Below are positions 25,481-38,724 of a stretch of 64,000 nucleotides of DNA, one piece after another. The notes beneath the pieces are model-generated. The model searched no databases and was not told the DNA's origin. It saw nothing but the letters and a program-made list of their open reading frames with translations. Location of the stretch: the NCBI RefSeq assembly GCF_018977255.1, contig NW_024704743.1, positions 103,604,001 to 103,668,000 of the forward strand. Direction: 5' to 3'. Made by a program: the position numbers and the translations under genes. The DNA is from Callorhinchus milii (taxonomy: Eukaryota). Position 1 is the stretch's first letter, and every line of letters begins with the position of its first letter.

Positions 25481-26094
25481 CTCTAAAATTAAGCCAGCAT
25501 CTCATAAAGCTGCACTGGAAAATAGTGCTCATCAATTGATAACAATGGTAGCCAAACTCCACAATTACAGTAAAAAAAAAGCAATGGTCAGTTTTAGCAG
25601 CTGGACTTTGAGCCTACGAGAAGGTAACTTTGGGCTTACAACCACCCCCACCTTCCCACATGGCTTTTGCACAATGGTTGAGCCTGAAGATTTTTGCAAT
25701 TCTCTTGCTCCCAATCACAGAGATTGTGATTTCAGTGCAGCTAAAAATAAACAACAACAACTTGGATTTATATAGCGCCCTCCATGCCAGGCCCTGAATT
25801 ATTTCTTCAATATCCTGGGAGGTCGCTCTCAAACACTGGCTCTGGTTAGAAATAAAAACAAGGCCCTGTTAAATGGATCATTGATTGCATTGAAAATTTG
25901 AGAAATGTTTTTAATCAAACAACTGTATCCAAGTCAAGGTGGAGGGTATGTCTATAAGAATGGAAAACGCAAGGTTTGTATAGTTATCGCATCTTGTCTT
26001 TAGTTTGTTCAAACCAACACTTTAGAAGCACACGTTGCACTTGATCATTACAGAAACTGTTATGAAGATTCCTGGTAACTTTAATTGGAATAAG

Positions 26095-26490
26095 GGGGCA
26101 GCAGCATAATTGACTAGGAGCTCACTTGTTCAGATCTCGGTTCAAACTATATTTGCTGGCCTCAATCAGGACTGAATAGAGGCTAATTGTTTCCAGTTTT
26201 TTCAGGGTTAGGGAGTGGAAAACCAAGCAGAGGTCCAATTGCTGGTCCCTCTACAGCACCCTTTTCTGGTAAGTGCATGTGTGTGACAGGTGGATAGGGA
26301 GAAGTCAGGATCGGCTGTGACGCCCTTTACAGTTGAGTGGACTGCTGACACTCATTGCCAAGACTCACACGTCAACAATGGGCACTCGGGTAAGGTACTG
26401 GAGGGAAAACAGTACCCTTTGAACATTACGCCAACAAGAGGAAGCCAGACCAGGAGCAGAGAGGTTTATTCCAGTGAGAGAGAGAATTAG
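26095..26490 (+). mobile_element. Ancient SINE-like repeat, second family
   Basis: ggatcggctgtgacgccc..gacactcattgccaagactcacac..gggtaaggtactggaggg. Confidence 0.6.
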
Positions 26491-26794
26491 AATACCAATA
26501 ATTGGACTCGCTAAAATTTACAAAAAATAATTTAAATCAAAATTAATTGATGTAAGGGATCAATGCAGCCGAAATCATAAAAATAAATCAATTGCGGGTG
26601 GTGGGGTGGTAACTGTAGTATTTAATTGACAGTGAGAATTCCTGTTGAGCCATGAGAAATCTATTCAGGAGTTAGAGATCAGGCCAGCATGATACTTCCA
26701 GAACTTGCTTTCTTTGTTAATAATAAATCTTATTAAGAAATGCAGCAAATTCAACCCCAAAGTTAATATTTCTGAACATCACAATGATTCTAAT

Positions 26795-26872
26795 TTTTTT
26801 AGTTAGCTGGGTGTCTGACACATGCGGAAACCCGTCACTATGCTGAAGAGTATTCAAACCAGACTGAGAACG
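26795..26872 (-). repeat. Unclassified poly(A)-ended repeat, 3' terminus
   Basis: gctgggtgtctgacacatgcggaaacccgtcactatgctgaagagtattcaaaccagactgag, as at 49813-49873. Confidence 0.65.
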
Positions 26873-27309
26873 ATTCTAAGAATAGTCCAAAGAAAATAGC
26901 ACACACTTGTGTTCAGTCATGATGTAAAGCAGATGTCAGGGGCATTCTGATTCAAGCTCCTTTATTATCAGGAAACTCTCTCAATTAGCTGAAAACTGCC
27001 TGGTGTGCTTTCTTGCAAATGCTGTTCTATTTCCATGGCAACTCTCAAGCTCAGTTTTATTGAAAGGTTAAACATTTTTGAAACCATTCTTATAATTTAT
27101 CCTAGGCATTAAAAGTAGGTTCAGGGATGTGCAACTATGTGACTGAGGAGTGCAGAGCTCCAAGATATATGGAAAGGTTCCCAGTGCACATGCTTGCTTT
27201 AGAAAGATTGAGTGAACACGAACATGACCCAAGTCTTTGCAAAGGTCACAGACAAAATAATAAAAATGATGATATTCAGTTATTATTAATAATTGTTAAT
27301 AATAATGAG

Positions 27310-27600
27310 GAGGAAGTATGTTAACCAACAAATTGAATGCAGACCCATGTGGCAGTACAAGACCAGCATAGTTCCTATAATCATTGGTGCAACTGGGACG
27401 GTTAATAAGACAATTCAAAAATGGCTTGACAGGATACCTGGTGTACAAAATATCCACTTCCTGCAGAATCTAGTTTTCGGAAGTTCATATATAATAAGAA
27501 AAGTTACATCCATTCAAGTGTAACGTGGCAGTGTTATTGGTCTACTGAACCATTACTGAAATTCACTTAGAAATTGCCCCTCTGGAGTGATCTAAATCTC
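27310..27600 (+). mobile_element. R4/Dong-like non-LTR retrotransposon 3' relic (end of restriction-like endonuclease domain)
   Basis: KYVNQQIECRPMWQYKTSIVPIIIGATGTVNKTIQKWLDRIPG..LQNLVFGSSYIIRKV resembles the R4/Dong C-terminus (KY..L.IE..RMW..VVP.IIGALG..LQK..LLGT..ILRK). Confidence 0.7.
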
Positions 27601-27830
27601 AATAACATAAGAATAATCACCATCATCATTATTCCTTGGATTTGTAAAAGCATCATATCAAATCTTCTCAAAGTGCCCAGGAATGTCCCACAGGCATGAA
27701 TTGAATGATCATTTTTTTCTGGAAGACTGTTGGCTAGGATACCAAGGAGAAACTCACTTCTCTTTTCGAGAGTCATGGGATCGTTAATGTTCACCTGGAC
27801 AGGCACATGTTTAATGTCTCATCTGAGACA
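27600..27830 (-). mobile_element. Old Deu-type SINE fragment
   Basis: aatgtcccacag..ttggctaggatacc..tcatgggatcgttaatgttcacctg. Confidence 0.6.
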
Positions 27831-28229
27831 TTATGGTATAAATTATGATTTCTTAAGAATTGAGGTCTGAATTATTAGAATTTGGTAGTGGTATATACAA
27901 ACCGATGGGAGTCTCAAAACAAACGTCCTAAAGCTAGGTCAAGCATTTGTCTTCCATCTTTCAGAGTATAGATTTTGACTGCTGGTTAGCAGGAACATTG
28001 CTTTATTCCAAGTGCTAGCAGGGTATTTGACTTAAAACATAAGAACATATGTTTCAAATTAAAAAGCCTCAAGCGGTACTAGGAATTAGATTTTTTTCTC
28101 ACATTATTACACATGTGTGCAACAGACTTCAACAAAACCAATTTATGCTGCTTCACATGATAAACTCATTTAAAAAATGGATTCCTTAAGAACATGATTT
28201 CGCCTGGAACTTGAGAAGGGGAGAGAATA

Positions 28230-28580
28230 ACATAATAATAATTGTCGCATTCAATATGTCACCTATAATATTGAAGTGAATCAAAGTGATTCACAGGTTT
28301 TTGCTATTAAGGCTGGTGTGGTAACAGGATATGAAAAATACATTTTGCACATTGCATCATAAACAATGTGAAGTGAATGACCAATGTTATCTGGGGGAAG
28401 TGTTGACCAAGAACACAAGAAGAAATTCCCTTTTCTTTTCAAACAGTGAAATGAAATCTTTAACGTCGCTCTGATCAAGCAGATGGGACCTCAGTTTAAC
28501 ATCTTACCCACCAGTTCAGTGCTTCCTTCAATACTGCGCTTGAGTATCAGTTTGGACTGTGAGCTCAAAGTCCCAAGGTG
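28230..28580 (-). mobile_element. Old Deu-type SINE fragment
   Basis: gaatgaccaatgttatctgggg..atctttaacgtc..gggacctcagtttaacatct. Confidence 0.6.
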
Positions 28581-29139
28581 GAGATGTTGGAATCTAACCT
28601 GTGAATGTGATCTCGACTCTCGAATGTAATTATGTAATTAAAGAGTCAGAGTGAGGTTGCTTTCCGGTAACTGGTCTCATGTGAGTCAATTTGTGGAACT
28701 TCTGCTCTGAAAAGGTGTGTAACTGCAGAGATTTTTGCAATTTAAACCATATTTTCTATTGAAAAAAACACCAATGTTAATTGGCTGACATTTGAAATCT
28801 GGTACTTTTATGTGCATTCGCCTAGCTGCTAATTCTCTATTCAAGATTTTTTGTTAAAGAGCATTGATTTGTCAACATAATTTTTTCAGGTTTCAAATAC
28901 CTCTGCTTATTGTGAAATGTAACTTGTTGTCACCAAAATTAAAATATCTCAGTGAAGTTTTTCTTTAGCAATGAACTTCCACATAACTATCTTTTGAGCA
29001 GATAAATCATGGGAGTGTCAACCTAGACTATCAGTTCACCTGTTAATTGAGGAACAATTAATTGTCTCAATGTTAATTGTCTCAAACCTCGATAAAATTA
29101 TTACAAAATATATCTGTTAAGTGTAGTGAGATGTTATTG

Positions 29140-29418
29140 ATGAGACATTCAACTGAAATACTGTCTGTCTGTTCAGGTGAATGTTAAAAGATTCCATAAA
29201 CAGAAGGTAGTTTCTCTCCATGTCTTGGCCAACAAGGCTCCAGATAAAATTGGTCATTTCACTTCATGGCTGTTTGAGGGACATTGATGTTTGCAAATTG
29301 GCTGCCACAATCACCTACAAAATACACGGGCACTAAACTTTACAGTAAATCCTATGAAACAGTTTTAGACATCCTCTTGATGTGAAAGGCGCTATATCAA
29401 ATGCAAGGATTATTGTTA
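29140..29418 (+). mobile_element. Old Deu-type SINE, body and tail
   Basis: gttcaggtgaatgttaaaagattcca..gcaaattggctgcc..gtgaaaggcgctatatcaaatgcaagg. Confidence 0.75.
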
Positions 29419-29869
29419 AATGAAATGAGAAAGGAGCTACAGCGAAGGGATTCAGAGTGTCTGTAAAGGTTGTCAAAAAGACATACAGAAATCAATGAAT
29501 TACTTCACAGTGATACAAAAGTAGGACTTTATTGCAAAATCATTCTGGATAATGCACAAGATTTTTTTCATTGGGTTTTCTCTTCATTGATTTGTCCCTT
29601 TTTTATTTCAACAAAGTCAAAGCTTGATTATAATGGATGCACGGTGCAAAAATGTATTGCTTGTAGCCATTCAATCAACGTAAATCTTAACATTGTCTTT
29701 TAGATTTGCTATAAAAACTGAATGAGAAAGGCTCTGAAATATAATACAGTATATGTAAGTCATGCACACTTTCCATTTCTTATACTTCCTATGTTTTTTA
29801 CATTTCAATAAAGTTTCTCATGTAACTTTCCATTTTGAATGAAGTAGATCGAAGCAACTGTTTATTTAT

Positions 29870-30300
29870 AATATTAATCCTTACATTTGATACAGTGCCT
29901 TTCACATCTGGAGTATGTATCAAAGCGCTTCACAAGATTTACTGTAAAGTGTATTTTGGAAGCAAACACAGCAGCCAATTTGCGCACAGCAATGTCCCAC
30001 TCTCTGACTCAGAGGCAAGAGTGCTACCAATTGAGCCAGACTGACACAGCAGTTTTTTTTTGTAAAGTGTAGTGACTGTGGATTTGAAGATGAAAGCAGC
30101 AGCCAATTTGGACACAGCAATGTCCCACAAACAGCTATGAACTGAATGACCAATGTTTATTTGGGAAAGTGTTGGCCAGGATACTGGGAGAAACTCTGTT
30201 CTATTTTCGAATAGTGCCATGGGAATTTTAGTGTCCACCTAAATAGGCAAACATCTAATATCAAATTGGTCTTATATCTGAACGACGGCACCTCTGACAA
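29870..30300 (-). mobile_element. Two stacked Deu-type SINEs; the first has head fused directly to tail
   Basis: gcaatgtcccac joined to tctctgactcagaggcaagagtgctacc at about 30000; second copy 30060-30300. Confidence 0.75.
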
Positions 30301-31499
30301 TCTTACCTCAGATTTCATGTACAAAGAGGCTCATTAATTTGGAGCAAAATTAAGTTGTTGATCTAATTTGAGTAAAGATTATTACCGTGTTAATGTTTAG
30401 TATTTGAACCACAAGTTTGTATTGCTCTTCGTGGGTAAGCTTTCAGTCATTCTGTCCCACCCTCAGGAAATCAATCCCAAAGACACTCCGCCACCTTAAG
30501 ACATATGTCTTGAACTGCGGCTTCATCCACTTTTCCACCCCCCTCCCCCCACCCCACCCCCAACCCCATTCACATTCTCACCTCCCCCCACTCCTCACTT
30601 TTGTGAAGCTTTTTGAGACATCCTCCCAATGTGAAAATAGTTATATTATTGTAACTTCTTGTTTTTGGATGGTTGATCCTTGGTCAAAAAAATTTGAATT
30701 GGATTGTAGCACCCATAGTGTTTCTAGAGAACAGCAATGGTAAATGGGCTAAACACTGTCATAGATTTAAGGAATTCTGCAAGTTTTACTCCTGCATCTT
30801 CTTCGATTCATTTTGCCTTGAACAAAATGTTTGTGTGATGAGAATAGCTTAAGACTTATTTCTCTGAAGGCTAACATTATCCTACATGTTTGTTTTATCT
30901 CATTGGCACTTTTCTGTTCAGATGCCCTCTTTATCCAATAATGGAAAATGGGCATGATTTTCAAAATAGAATCGACATTGAAAAAAACAAACTCAAAACC
31001 TTTTCAAAAGGGAATATCATCTGGGCAATATTGTAACATTTATGGACAATGACATTTATTCGAGTGTTTTGAGTTTCAGAAGAAAAAGACAACTGAATAA
31101 CAAGCCTGAAACTTTAAAAGTTTTGGGAAGACTAATTCATAAAAACAGTTCAGCTTAACAGCAATACATAAGCAAACAATGGAGTACATAAAGGCTTAAA
31201 TAAGGATATCCTTAATATTAAATATTGGGAGCAAGTTCCACTTGAATAAATTGTTCCAGACTGCTCAATACTGACTGGAGGGAGGGAAAAGTTAAATACT
31301 AGAATGTGTAGGCTACAGAGAGAAAATTGAAGGAAATATTATAATTTGGAAAATTAAAGAAAGCTAAAGCAAATTGCTGGCTTTTGGGATCCAGAATTTG
31401 CTGTTTCAGAATTCTTGCGAATTACATAGATTCTGATATTCACAAGCAAGTAATGTTATAGGCCCATTCGCCCACAAATAAGCAGTCACTTTACAGTAA

Positions 31500-31818
31500 A
31501 TAATAATAATAATCCTTGCATTTGATATAGCGCTTTTCACGTCTTCTAGAAATCTCAATCCACTTCACAGAATATACTGTAAAGTGAATTGACTGTTTAT
31601 TTGTGGGCGAAATGCGGCAGCCAAATTGCACGCAGCAGTGTCCCACAAACAGTCGTGGATTGAAGTGACCAATTTATTATTGTGTTTTTTTCTTGAAGGA
31701 TTATTATTAGGCATGTGGAATAAGGAAACTTGCCCAAGGTTTCACCTTGCCGGGAATTGAACCCAGGTCTCTCGCTTGAGAGGTGAGTGCTCCTAACCAC
31801 TGAGCTACAGGGCTCCAC
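31500..31818 (-). mobile_element. Young tRNA-headed SINE, short variant, full length
   Basis: Reverse complement of the 32019-32333 copy with high identity. Confidence 0.9.
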
Positions 31819-32018
31819 CAGGACTACATCTATAGGACTGTGCTGGAGAATACAATGATCTTAAAGCTGATGGTAGAGGAACCTTAGAAACGCCAGGGAT
31901 GGGGACAAGCTTTTGGAGAGTCTTAAAGGCTTTGAATAGTTCAGCAGTGTTAATGTCTGGGTAGAGAGGAAAACTGCACAAGATTGCAAGCTTAATTTGG
32001 ATGAAGAAGATCCTGTAC

Positions 32019-32333
32019 GGAGTCCTGTAGCTCAGTGGTTAGAGCACTCGCTTTGCAAGTGAGAGACCTGAGTTCAATTCCAGGCAGGGCGAAACCTTGG
32101 GCAAGTTTCCTTACTCCACACGCCTAATAATAATCCCTCCAAAACAAAAAACAATAATAAATTGGTCATTTTCAATCTACGACTGTTTGTGGGACATTGC
32201 TGTGCGCAATTGGCTGCCGCGTTCACCCATAAATATACAGTCAATTCACATTACAATATATTCTGTGAAGCGCTTTGGGATGTCTAGAAGACGTGAAAAG
32301 CGCTATATTAAATGCAAGGATTATTATTATTAT
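32019..32333 (+). mobile_element. Young tRNA-headed SINE, short variant, full length
   Basis: A box tagctcagtgg, B box gagttcaattcc, Deu-like core, L2-like tail, (TTA)n. Confidence 0.92.
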
Positions 32334-32811
32334 CCTTCGGCCCATCTGATCTAATCCTTCCGGAATACCCACATACCCACATCATACTGAGTTTTAAATG
32401 AGTCCAGAGTCCAGATCTCTGCTAATCTTCCTGGCAACTTCTATGCATCTGTCTACACTGACAATTCTAAGCATTACTGAACCTTTGGGTAAAGAAAAAC
32501 TTTCTGGCATCTGTCCTGAAATTGCCCTTTACAGCTCTAAACCTATGTCCTTTTTTTCCACTCTCTTAGTACATTCTATAGCATTGTTCTGGGTTTACTT
32601 TATCAATCCATTTAACACCTCTGTACAGTTCACTTTGAGATGCCTTCTCTCAAGATTGAAGAGCTCTTTTAGTTTCCTCATAGCTGATTCTCCTCGTTGC
32701 TCTCTTCTGCACTGCCCCTAGCGCCTGGACAGCCCACTCATGTAGCTGTGATTAGATGTTAGATTCTAAGTAGAAATGAGCTGAGGATGAGTTGGACAGC
32801 CAAGGAGAGAT

Positions 32812-33362
32812 TGAAACATAGAAACAAGAGAAGGCATTTCAGCCCCTTGAGCCCGTTCTGCCATTCTAGAGTCTTGTACTCAGTGGTCAGAGCACTCACC
32901 TCGCAAGCAAGAGACCTGAGTTAGATTCCCAGCAGAGCAAATGTTGGGCAAGTTTCCTTACTCCACACATCTCTGTTTACCTAGCAGTAAGTAGGAACCC
33001 AGTTGTTAGTTGATTGGTGGATTGCTTTTCTGGGGGTAATAATTCCTTTTAAAAAAAATTGGTCACTCAATCCACTCAATCCATGTTTGTGGGACACTGC
33101 TGTGCACAATTGGCGGACATGTTTCGCCTCCAAAATATGCAAAATATCTGTGCATCAACTCCAATTATCCACCCTTGCCTCATATCTCTTGATACCCTGA
33201 CCTGACAAATATCTATCTACCTACCTCAGTCTTAAAATGGGTCCAGCATTCACAACCCTTGGGGTAGAGAATTTTAGATTTCCACTACTCTTTGCTCGAA
33301 AAATTGATTCCTGATTTCACTCCTAAATGGCCTAACTCTCATTTGAAGGTTATGCCCCCTTG
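32812..33362 (-). mobile_element. CR1 3' end interrupted by a long-variant SINE (+ strand, about 32869-33140)
   Basis: acatagaaacaagagaaggcatttcagcccc CR1 tail; resumes near ccacccttgcctcatatctcttgataccc. Confidence 0.75.
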
Positions 33363-33961
33363 TAGGTAATGTTAGCAAGTAGTGTTAGTGTTAGTAGGAG
33401 CCAGGAGATGTTTATGAATTGTTGGAGTCAGCAGCACCAAATGGATACCATGAAATTACTATTCAAGACAGTATCACCTCCCGCTTTCCCATGAACACCC
33501 ACTCTCAACACAAACAAATTTATTAAAGTAAGGAATTAATTCAGAATCTCAATTTTGTCCTGAATGTCAATTCAGAACCTCTCCCTTAAATCCCTTTAGC
33601 ATTGTGTGAAAGAATATAGAGCAATTAAATCATTTTTATTCTTGTTTGAAAGTCCACTTAAAGCCCCAGCACAAGGTACGGTTTGTTACAAAGCCAGACA
33701 CACATTACAAATATGCATACATCCCTTTGAGCACTCTCACCTTTTGAAAATACAACTCAAATGAGACTATCAGCAGAGCTATAAAACAGCAAGAATCTGC
33801 TTCTTAAGATAAAATTGTGCCATTGCTTTCTTTATTGATTTTTGCCTCATTTTCACTTTAATATTTATTGTTTCCATACTTACTGCGTGGTGTAACCTAA
33901 TGAAAGTTTGATTTGTTTAAGTTATCCACTGGGATCGCTGGCTTTGTTTTTAGATAAATAA

Positions 33962-34270
33962 ATTATTATTATTATTATCCTTGCATTTGGTATAGCGCTT
34001 TTCACATCTTCTAGACGTCTCAAACCACTTCACAGAATATACTGTAAAGGTAATTGACTGTATATTTGTGGGCGAAACGCGGCAGCCAATTGCGCGCAGC
34101 AGTGTCCCACAAACAGTCATGGATTGAAGTGACCAATTTATTATTATTTTTTTTCTTGAGGGATTATTTTCAGGCATGTGGAGTAAGGAAACTTGCCCAA
34201 GGTTTCATCCTGACCATAATCAAACCCAGGTCTCTCGCTTGCAAGGCGAGTGCTCTAACCATTGAGCTTG
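33962..34270 (-). mobile_element. Young SINE, short variant
   Basis: Same family as 31500-31818. Confidence 0.9.
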
Positions 34271-34279
34271 TACTAATAA

Positions 34280-35045
34280 GGACCTCGCCAGTCTTCCCAG
34301 CTCCACTATTCAAAAAATCCAGCTCATTCAGAACTCTGCTGCCCACATACTTACCCGGACCAAACTCCGTACCCCGATCTCACCAGTTCTGGCCAGGCTC
34401 CACTGGCTCTCCATCACTGAACGTCTGATAAATTTCTGAATAAATAATTCAGATGAGAAGCAAATATCTTTGTTCATTGTCATCAGCTTTCCTGACATAT
34501 ATTCCTTTTCGCTGGTCTTCCCAGCTCCACAATTCACAAAACATAACTAATTCAGGACTCCTCTGCCCGGATACTAACCCGCACAGAAATCTGTACCCCC
34601 ATCTCACCAGTCCTTGCCAGGCTGCACTGTCTCCCAATTACCGAATGGATCGACTTCAAGATCGTCTCATTCGTTTTCAAATCCCTTCATGCTCTTGCAC
34701 CTCACTACTTATCTGATTTGCTTACCCCCCACTCCCCCACCTGCTGCCTCCACTCGGCTGGCTCTGACCTCCTGTTCGTCCCTCCTGTTCGTCCCTTCGC
34801 TCCACCATCGGTGGCCGTGCCTTTAGCCACTACGCCCCAAAACTCTAGAACTCTCTCCCTTAATCCCTCCGCCTTGCACCCTCCCTCCCCACTTTCAAAT
34901 CCTGTCTAAAGCCCTCCCTTTTTGATCATGTTTATGGTCACCTCTCCCATCCCTCTCCCCCTGGCTCGGGTTCAGACTCCACCACTGGCAAGTGCCACGG
35001 GATGCTACCCCATGTGAAGGCCACTATAGAAATGCAAGTTGTAGC
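34280..35045 (+). mobile_element. L2 3' end, with one segment present twice
   Basis: QLIQNSAAHILTRTK..PISPVLARLHWL at 34320-34415, similar segment at 34550-34630; tail at about 35040. Confidence 0.8.
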
Positions 35046-35124
35046 CTATAAAAGTAATCAACAAATCCTTATCAAAATCATTGTACTGTATTCATCAACA
35101 TAATTGCGTGGCACAGTTCAAAAA

Positions 35125-35335
35125 GAGGAGAATTTGTACTTGCATCCTGTCCAATAATCCCCAGATAAAATTGATCATTCATATCATGACTGTTTGTGGG
35201 ACATTGTTGTGTTTAACTTGGCTGCTGTGTTCAAATTGGCTGCTGTATACAGTCATTGCACTTTACAGTAAATCCTGTGAAGCACTTTGAAACATTCTCC
35301 CAGTGTGAAACTCTATATCAAATGCAAGGATTATT
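35125..35335 (+). mobile_element. Old SINE, 3' part
   Basis: tgactgtttgtgggacattg..cactttacagtaaatcctgtgaagcac. Confidence 0.7.
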
Positions 35336-36969
35336 TGGATTTAAATCAGGAGCTGAATGGAACAAATTATGATAATTTGCTTGATCAATAGACCCGAATT
35401 AGCCATCATTGTACAAGTAAATAGGGTCAGATTCAGTGAAATCTTGTTTGAAATTCGGTGTGGGTAAAGAAGTTGAATAATAAAACTGCCGAAATATGTT
35501 AAATGTTTCATACATATAGATTGGTGCAGAAGTCATAAGACATAAAGTTGAGGAGAGCATTTGATGCACATTCCTTTAAGTGCTAACATCCACAGAATTT
35601 ATTAAATTTTAAATATTTAAACGCGTTCCTCTTATTGGCAAAGCAAATTGAATTCTATTATTTCTTTGGGAAAATAAATGTAATTTTCCTTGATGCTCTG
35701 AAGGACAAGGGGTTGTAAAATTGCATGATCTGCATTTTCATGCATTCAGTGCACAGAGCCATCTGATGGTAATGGACTCTTCATTGAACACTCTCCAGAA
35801 CAAATGTAGATCTTTCACTCTGCTATTAAAAATACAATTGAAAACACAGGAAATTTATGCTCAGGTTGGCAGTAATTTGTAATATCATGAACAAGTGAAA
35901 ACCATCTCAACATGCTCCATCAACTTCATGCTATGTTTTCTATTTTGTTCTGATGCCAAAAATCAACATTTGATTCATTGCAAGGGCACTGTCTGCTTAC
36001 GTGTTCTCAAGTTAGTTTCACTTCAACAAAATCTCAACGGAAATGACAGGTCTTGAAGCATAAATGTTTCAATTGTCCTGAGTTTCTTTAATGAAAAGGG
36101 AATGCATAGAACAATAAGATAATAGCATTTATAGCTTACTGGAGCTTATTTGCCTGCGGTACTTTTGAGAATATTTTCAGAAATGTCCCTCGGTGCTAAA
36201 ATTCAATCAATTCCAAATAGCATTATTTAACCGATTGATGCCATTGTTTCAAAAGGCAAGATATGATTTAAAACTGTTGATTTTCAAACCTGTCATTTTT
36301 GATCATTGTATAGCTTTTGCAGTTTCAAAACTTTATTGCTTACTGTGTGATTTCAGATTCAACAACAACAACTTGCATTTATATAGCACCCTTCACGGAG
36401 GGTAGCATCTCAGAGCGCTTAGATTCCTACTGTTAGATTGATTTTCAGATTATTCTTATCAGTTATTGATAAACAATAGCTTTAAATCAGTGCACTCAGG
36501 TCTCTGAGATGCTATCCTGTGTGAAGGTTGTTATATAAATGTAAGTTGTTGTTATTCTTGTTGTTTTTAAATGGATTGTTTTATACTTCCTTAGCATAAA
36601 GCTTATTCAGCCTAAATTTATTTGGCATCAAATCCTGGAAAGCACATCAAGATTTTGAAGATATCAGCTACACTTTAGGAGGGTCAGCTCCTAATAGATT
36701 AATCGTCCACTCAGCCATAAGAGATATTGAAGTAACAGCAAGCTTCATTGTGACTACTGTATATAATTTAAAACATGCTTTATCACTAAAGTGTTAACTA
36801 CTTTACTGTAGGGATTGCAGGTCACCTGCATGGCGATCTTTATAAAAAAATGGTACTTCCCAAACTGATTCTAGCCTCACATTTGGACTATGAGGTTGCA
36901 GATAAATAAATATGAGATAAATAACCAAACGGTTATTGTTCCAGTGCTAAAGAGGACAGCTTTGACAAA

Positions 36970-37235
36970 GGTACTGTCCTTCAGATGACATGATAAACCA
37001 AAGTCTTGTTTGCCTGTTCAGGTGAATAGTTAACATCTTATGGCACTATTTAAAAAGAGAAGGGAGTTTTTCCCCAGTTTCCTGGCCAACAATATTCCAG
37101 ATATAATTGCTCATTCACTTCATAACAGTTTGTGGGATATTTGTGTGCAAATTGACTGCCGCATTTGCCCACAAAACACACATTCCTTACTCTTTCCAGT
37201 GTATCCTGTGAAGCACTTTGGGACATCCTCCCTAT
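36970..37235 (+). mobile_element. Old Deu-type SINE
   Basis: gcctgttcaggtgaa..tatggcactattt..cctggccaacaat..gtgaagcactttgggacatcc. Confidence 0.7.
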
Positions 37236-38724
37236 GTTATCATTACATTATCAAAAGATCTCAAACAGTTTCACAGGATATTCTGTGAAGTTTTGTGACT
37301 GAATTTTGAAAGATAAGTGCAGATTGTGGTTGTTGTTTTCAGCACATTTTTAGTCCCAATGTCACTTTATATCTATTAATTCTCATACCACAGGTCATTC
37401 CAACTACACCAGAGAAGTGATGCAATTTTAAAAGCGACTGGTTAGGAAATGCGCTGAGCAACGTGAGAATAAAATGTACAGACTAGATAGTACCAGGTTT
37501 TGAAGTTGAGTTAATCCAGTTTTCCCACATTACCACTGAAATGTAAGGATCCAAATGAAGGCAGAATGGCTGCTTGCAAACTCAGTAGTTATTGGGCACA
37601 ACAATTTTAACAAAGTCAAGGGTAATGGCTGTTGCCCCAGGGCTATTATCAACTGGGACCATCTCCTGTAGTGGAGCATCCCATTCACATCACATAGCAC
37701 ACATTTTCATACAGATAAATAGCTATAAGCAGATGATACTACAAGATTATAGTCCCTAGACCTTCTGCTTCCACACTTTCGGAGTTTTATTGGGTTTTTC
37801 TCCTCCAATGTTGGAAAATGATTTGGAAATAAAACGAAAGAGTTCTACTAACATTCTAATGAATGTTAAAACTCAGCTATGAACTATAGTCACCTGGGCA
37901 AGGATCTGGGAAGCCTGGAGCTGTACCCAGGATATAACAGAGGTGTCAGGAGAGAAGATAAGAAAACTAGAAGAAGGGGAGAATGAATTTTATTTTAATA
38001 ATGACATATATAGATACATCTATACAACAACAACAACAAAATTACATTTGTATAGCACCTTTCACATAGGGAGGATGTCCCATACAGTATAGGGCCTAAC
38101 TACTTTACATTTAACTATGCCTATATACAAAAGAATTTTAATCAAACCTCTCCGTCTCTAACTGGAATGACAGATAAAACCATGAATAAAATACAGATGA
38201 GCCATAAAGTCATGCCGCTTGTCAGATTAAAAGAGTTTGACTTCAACTTCATCAACAAGAGTTAGACCATAAAGTTGTGAAAGCTTTTTTATGCTGAAAG
38301 ATGTCTTAATCTAACAAACTAGTGTCTGCTTCTCCACTTTACCACACTGTTCAATATACTCATAAATGTACAGGGAAAGCTATTTCAAAGAGCACCAATC
38401 AAGATGGGGTTGTCTGCATTCCCTCTTTGATCTGATTTGGCAAGAAGCTGAGCAAATAAAATGTGCTGAGCTACAATTAATTCTGAAAATCTTATTTCAT
38501 GTTTTACTTTCAGGTCAAATTTAGTTGGGAGCCTCCACAATTTATGGATTTGATGCTCGTCTAATGTTAGAGTATTAAAGCTATGGAGCCCCAAAGTGCT
38601 GAAATATTTTCCTCTTTCAGAGACCAATTGACTTGCTGTGAATTTCCAAGATGTATTGTTTTTCTGCGAGTTCTTTTTTTTGTGAATTACAGAATTGTGA
38701 TGGAAAAGGTTTATCAGCCAACTA

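Noticed and set aside
32019..32092. tRNA-like sequence with A and B boxes (Ala-like loop)
   Set aside because: It is the head of a multi-copy SINE and runs directly into the SINE body; not a tRNA gene
36361..36553. Inverted repeat resembling a MITE
   Set aside because: Both arms are common L2 3' tails in opposite orientation, not dedicated terminal inverted repeats
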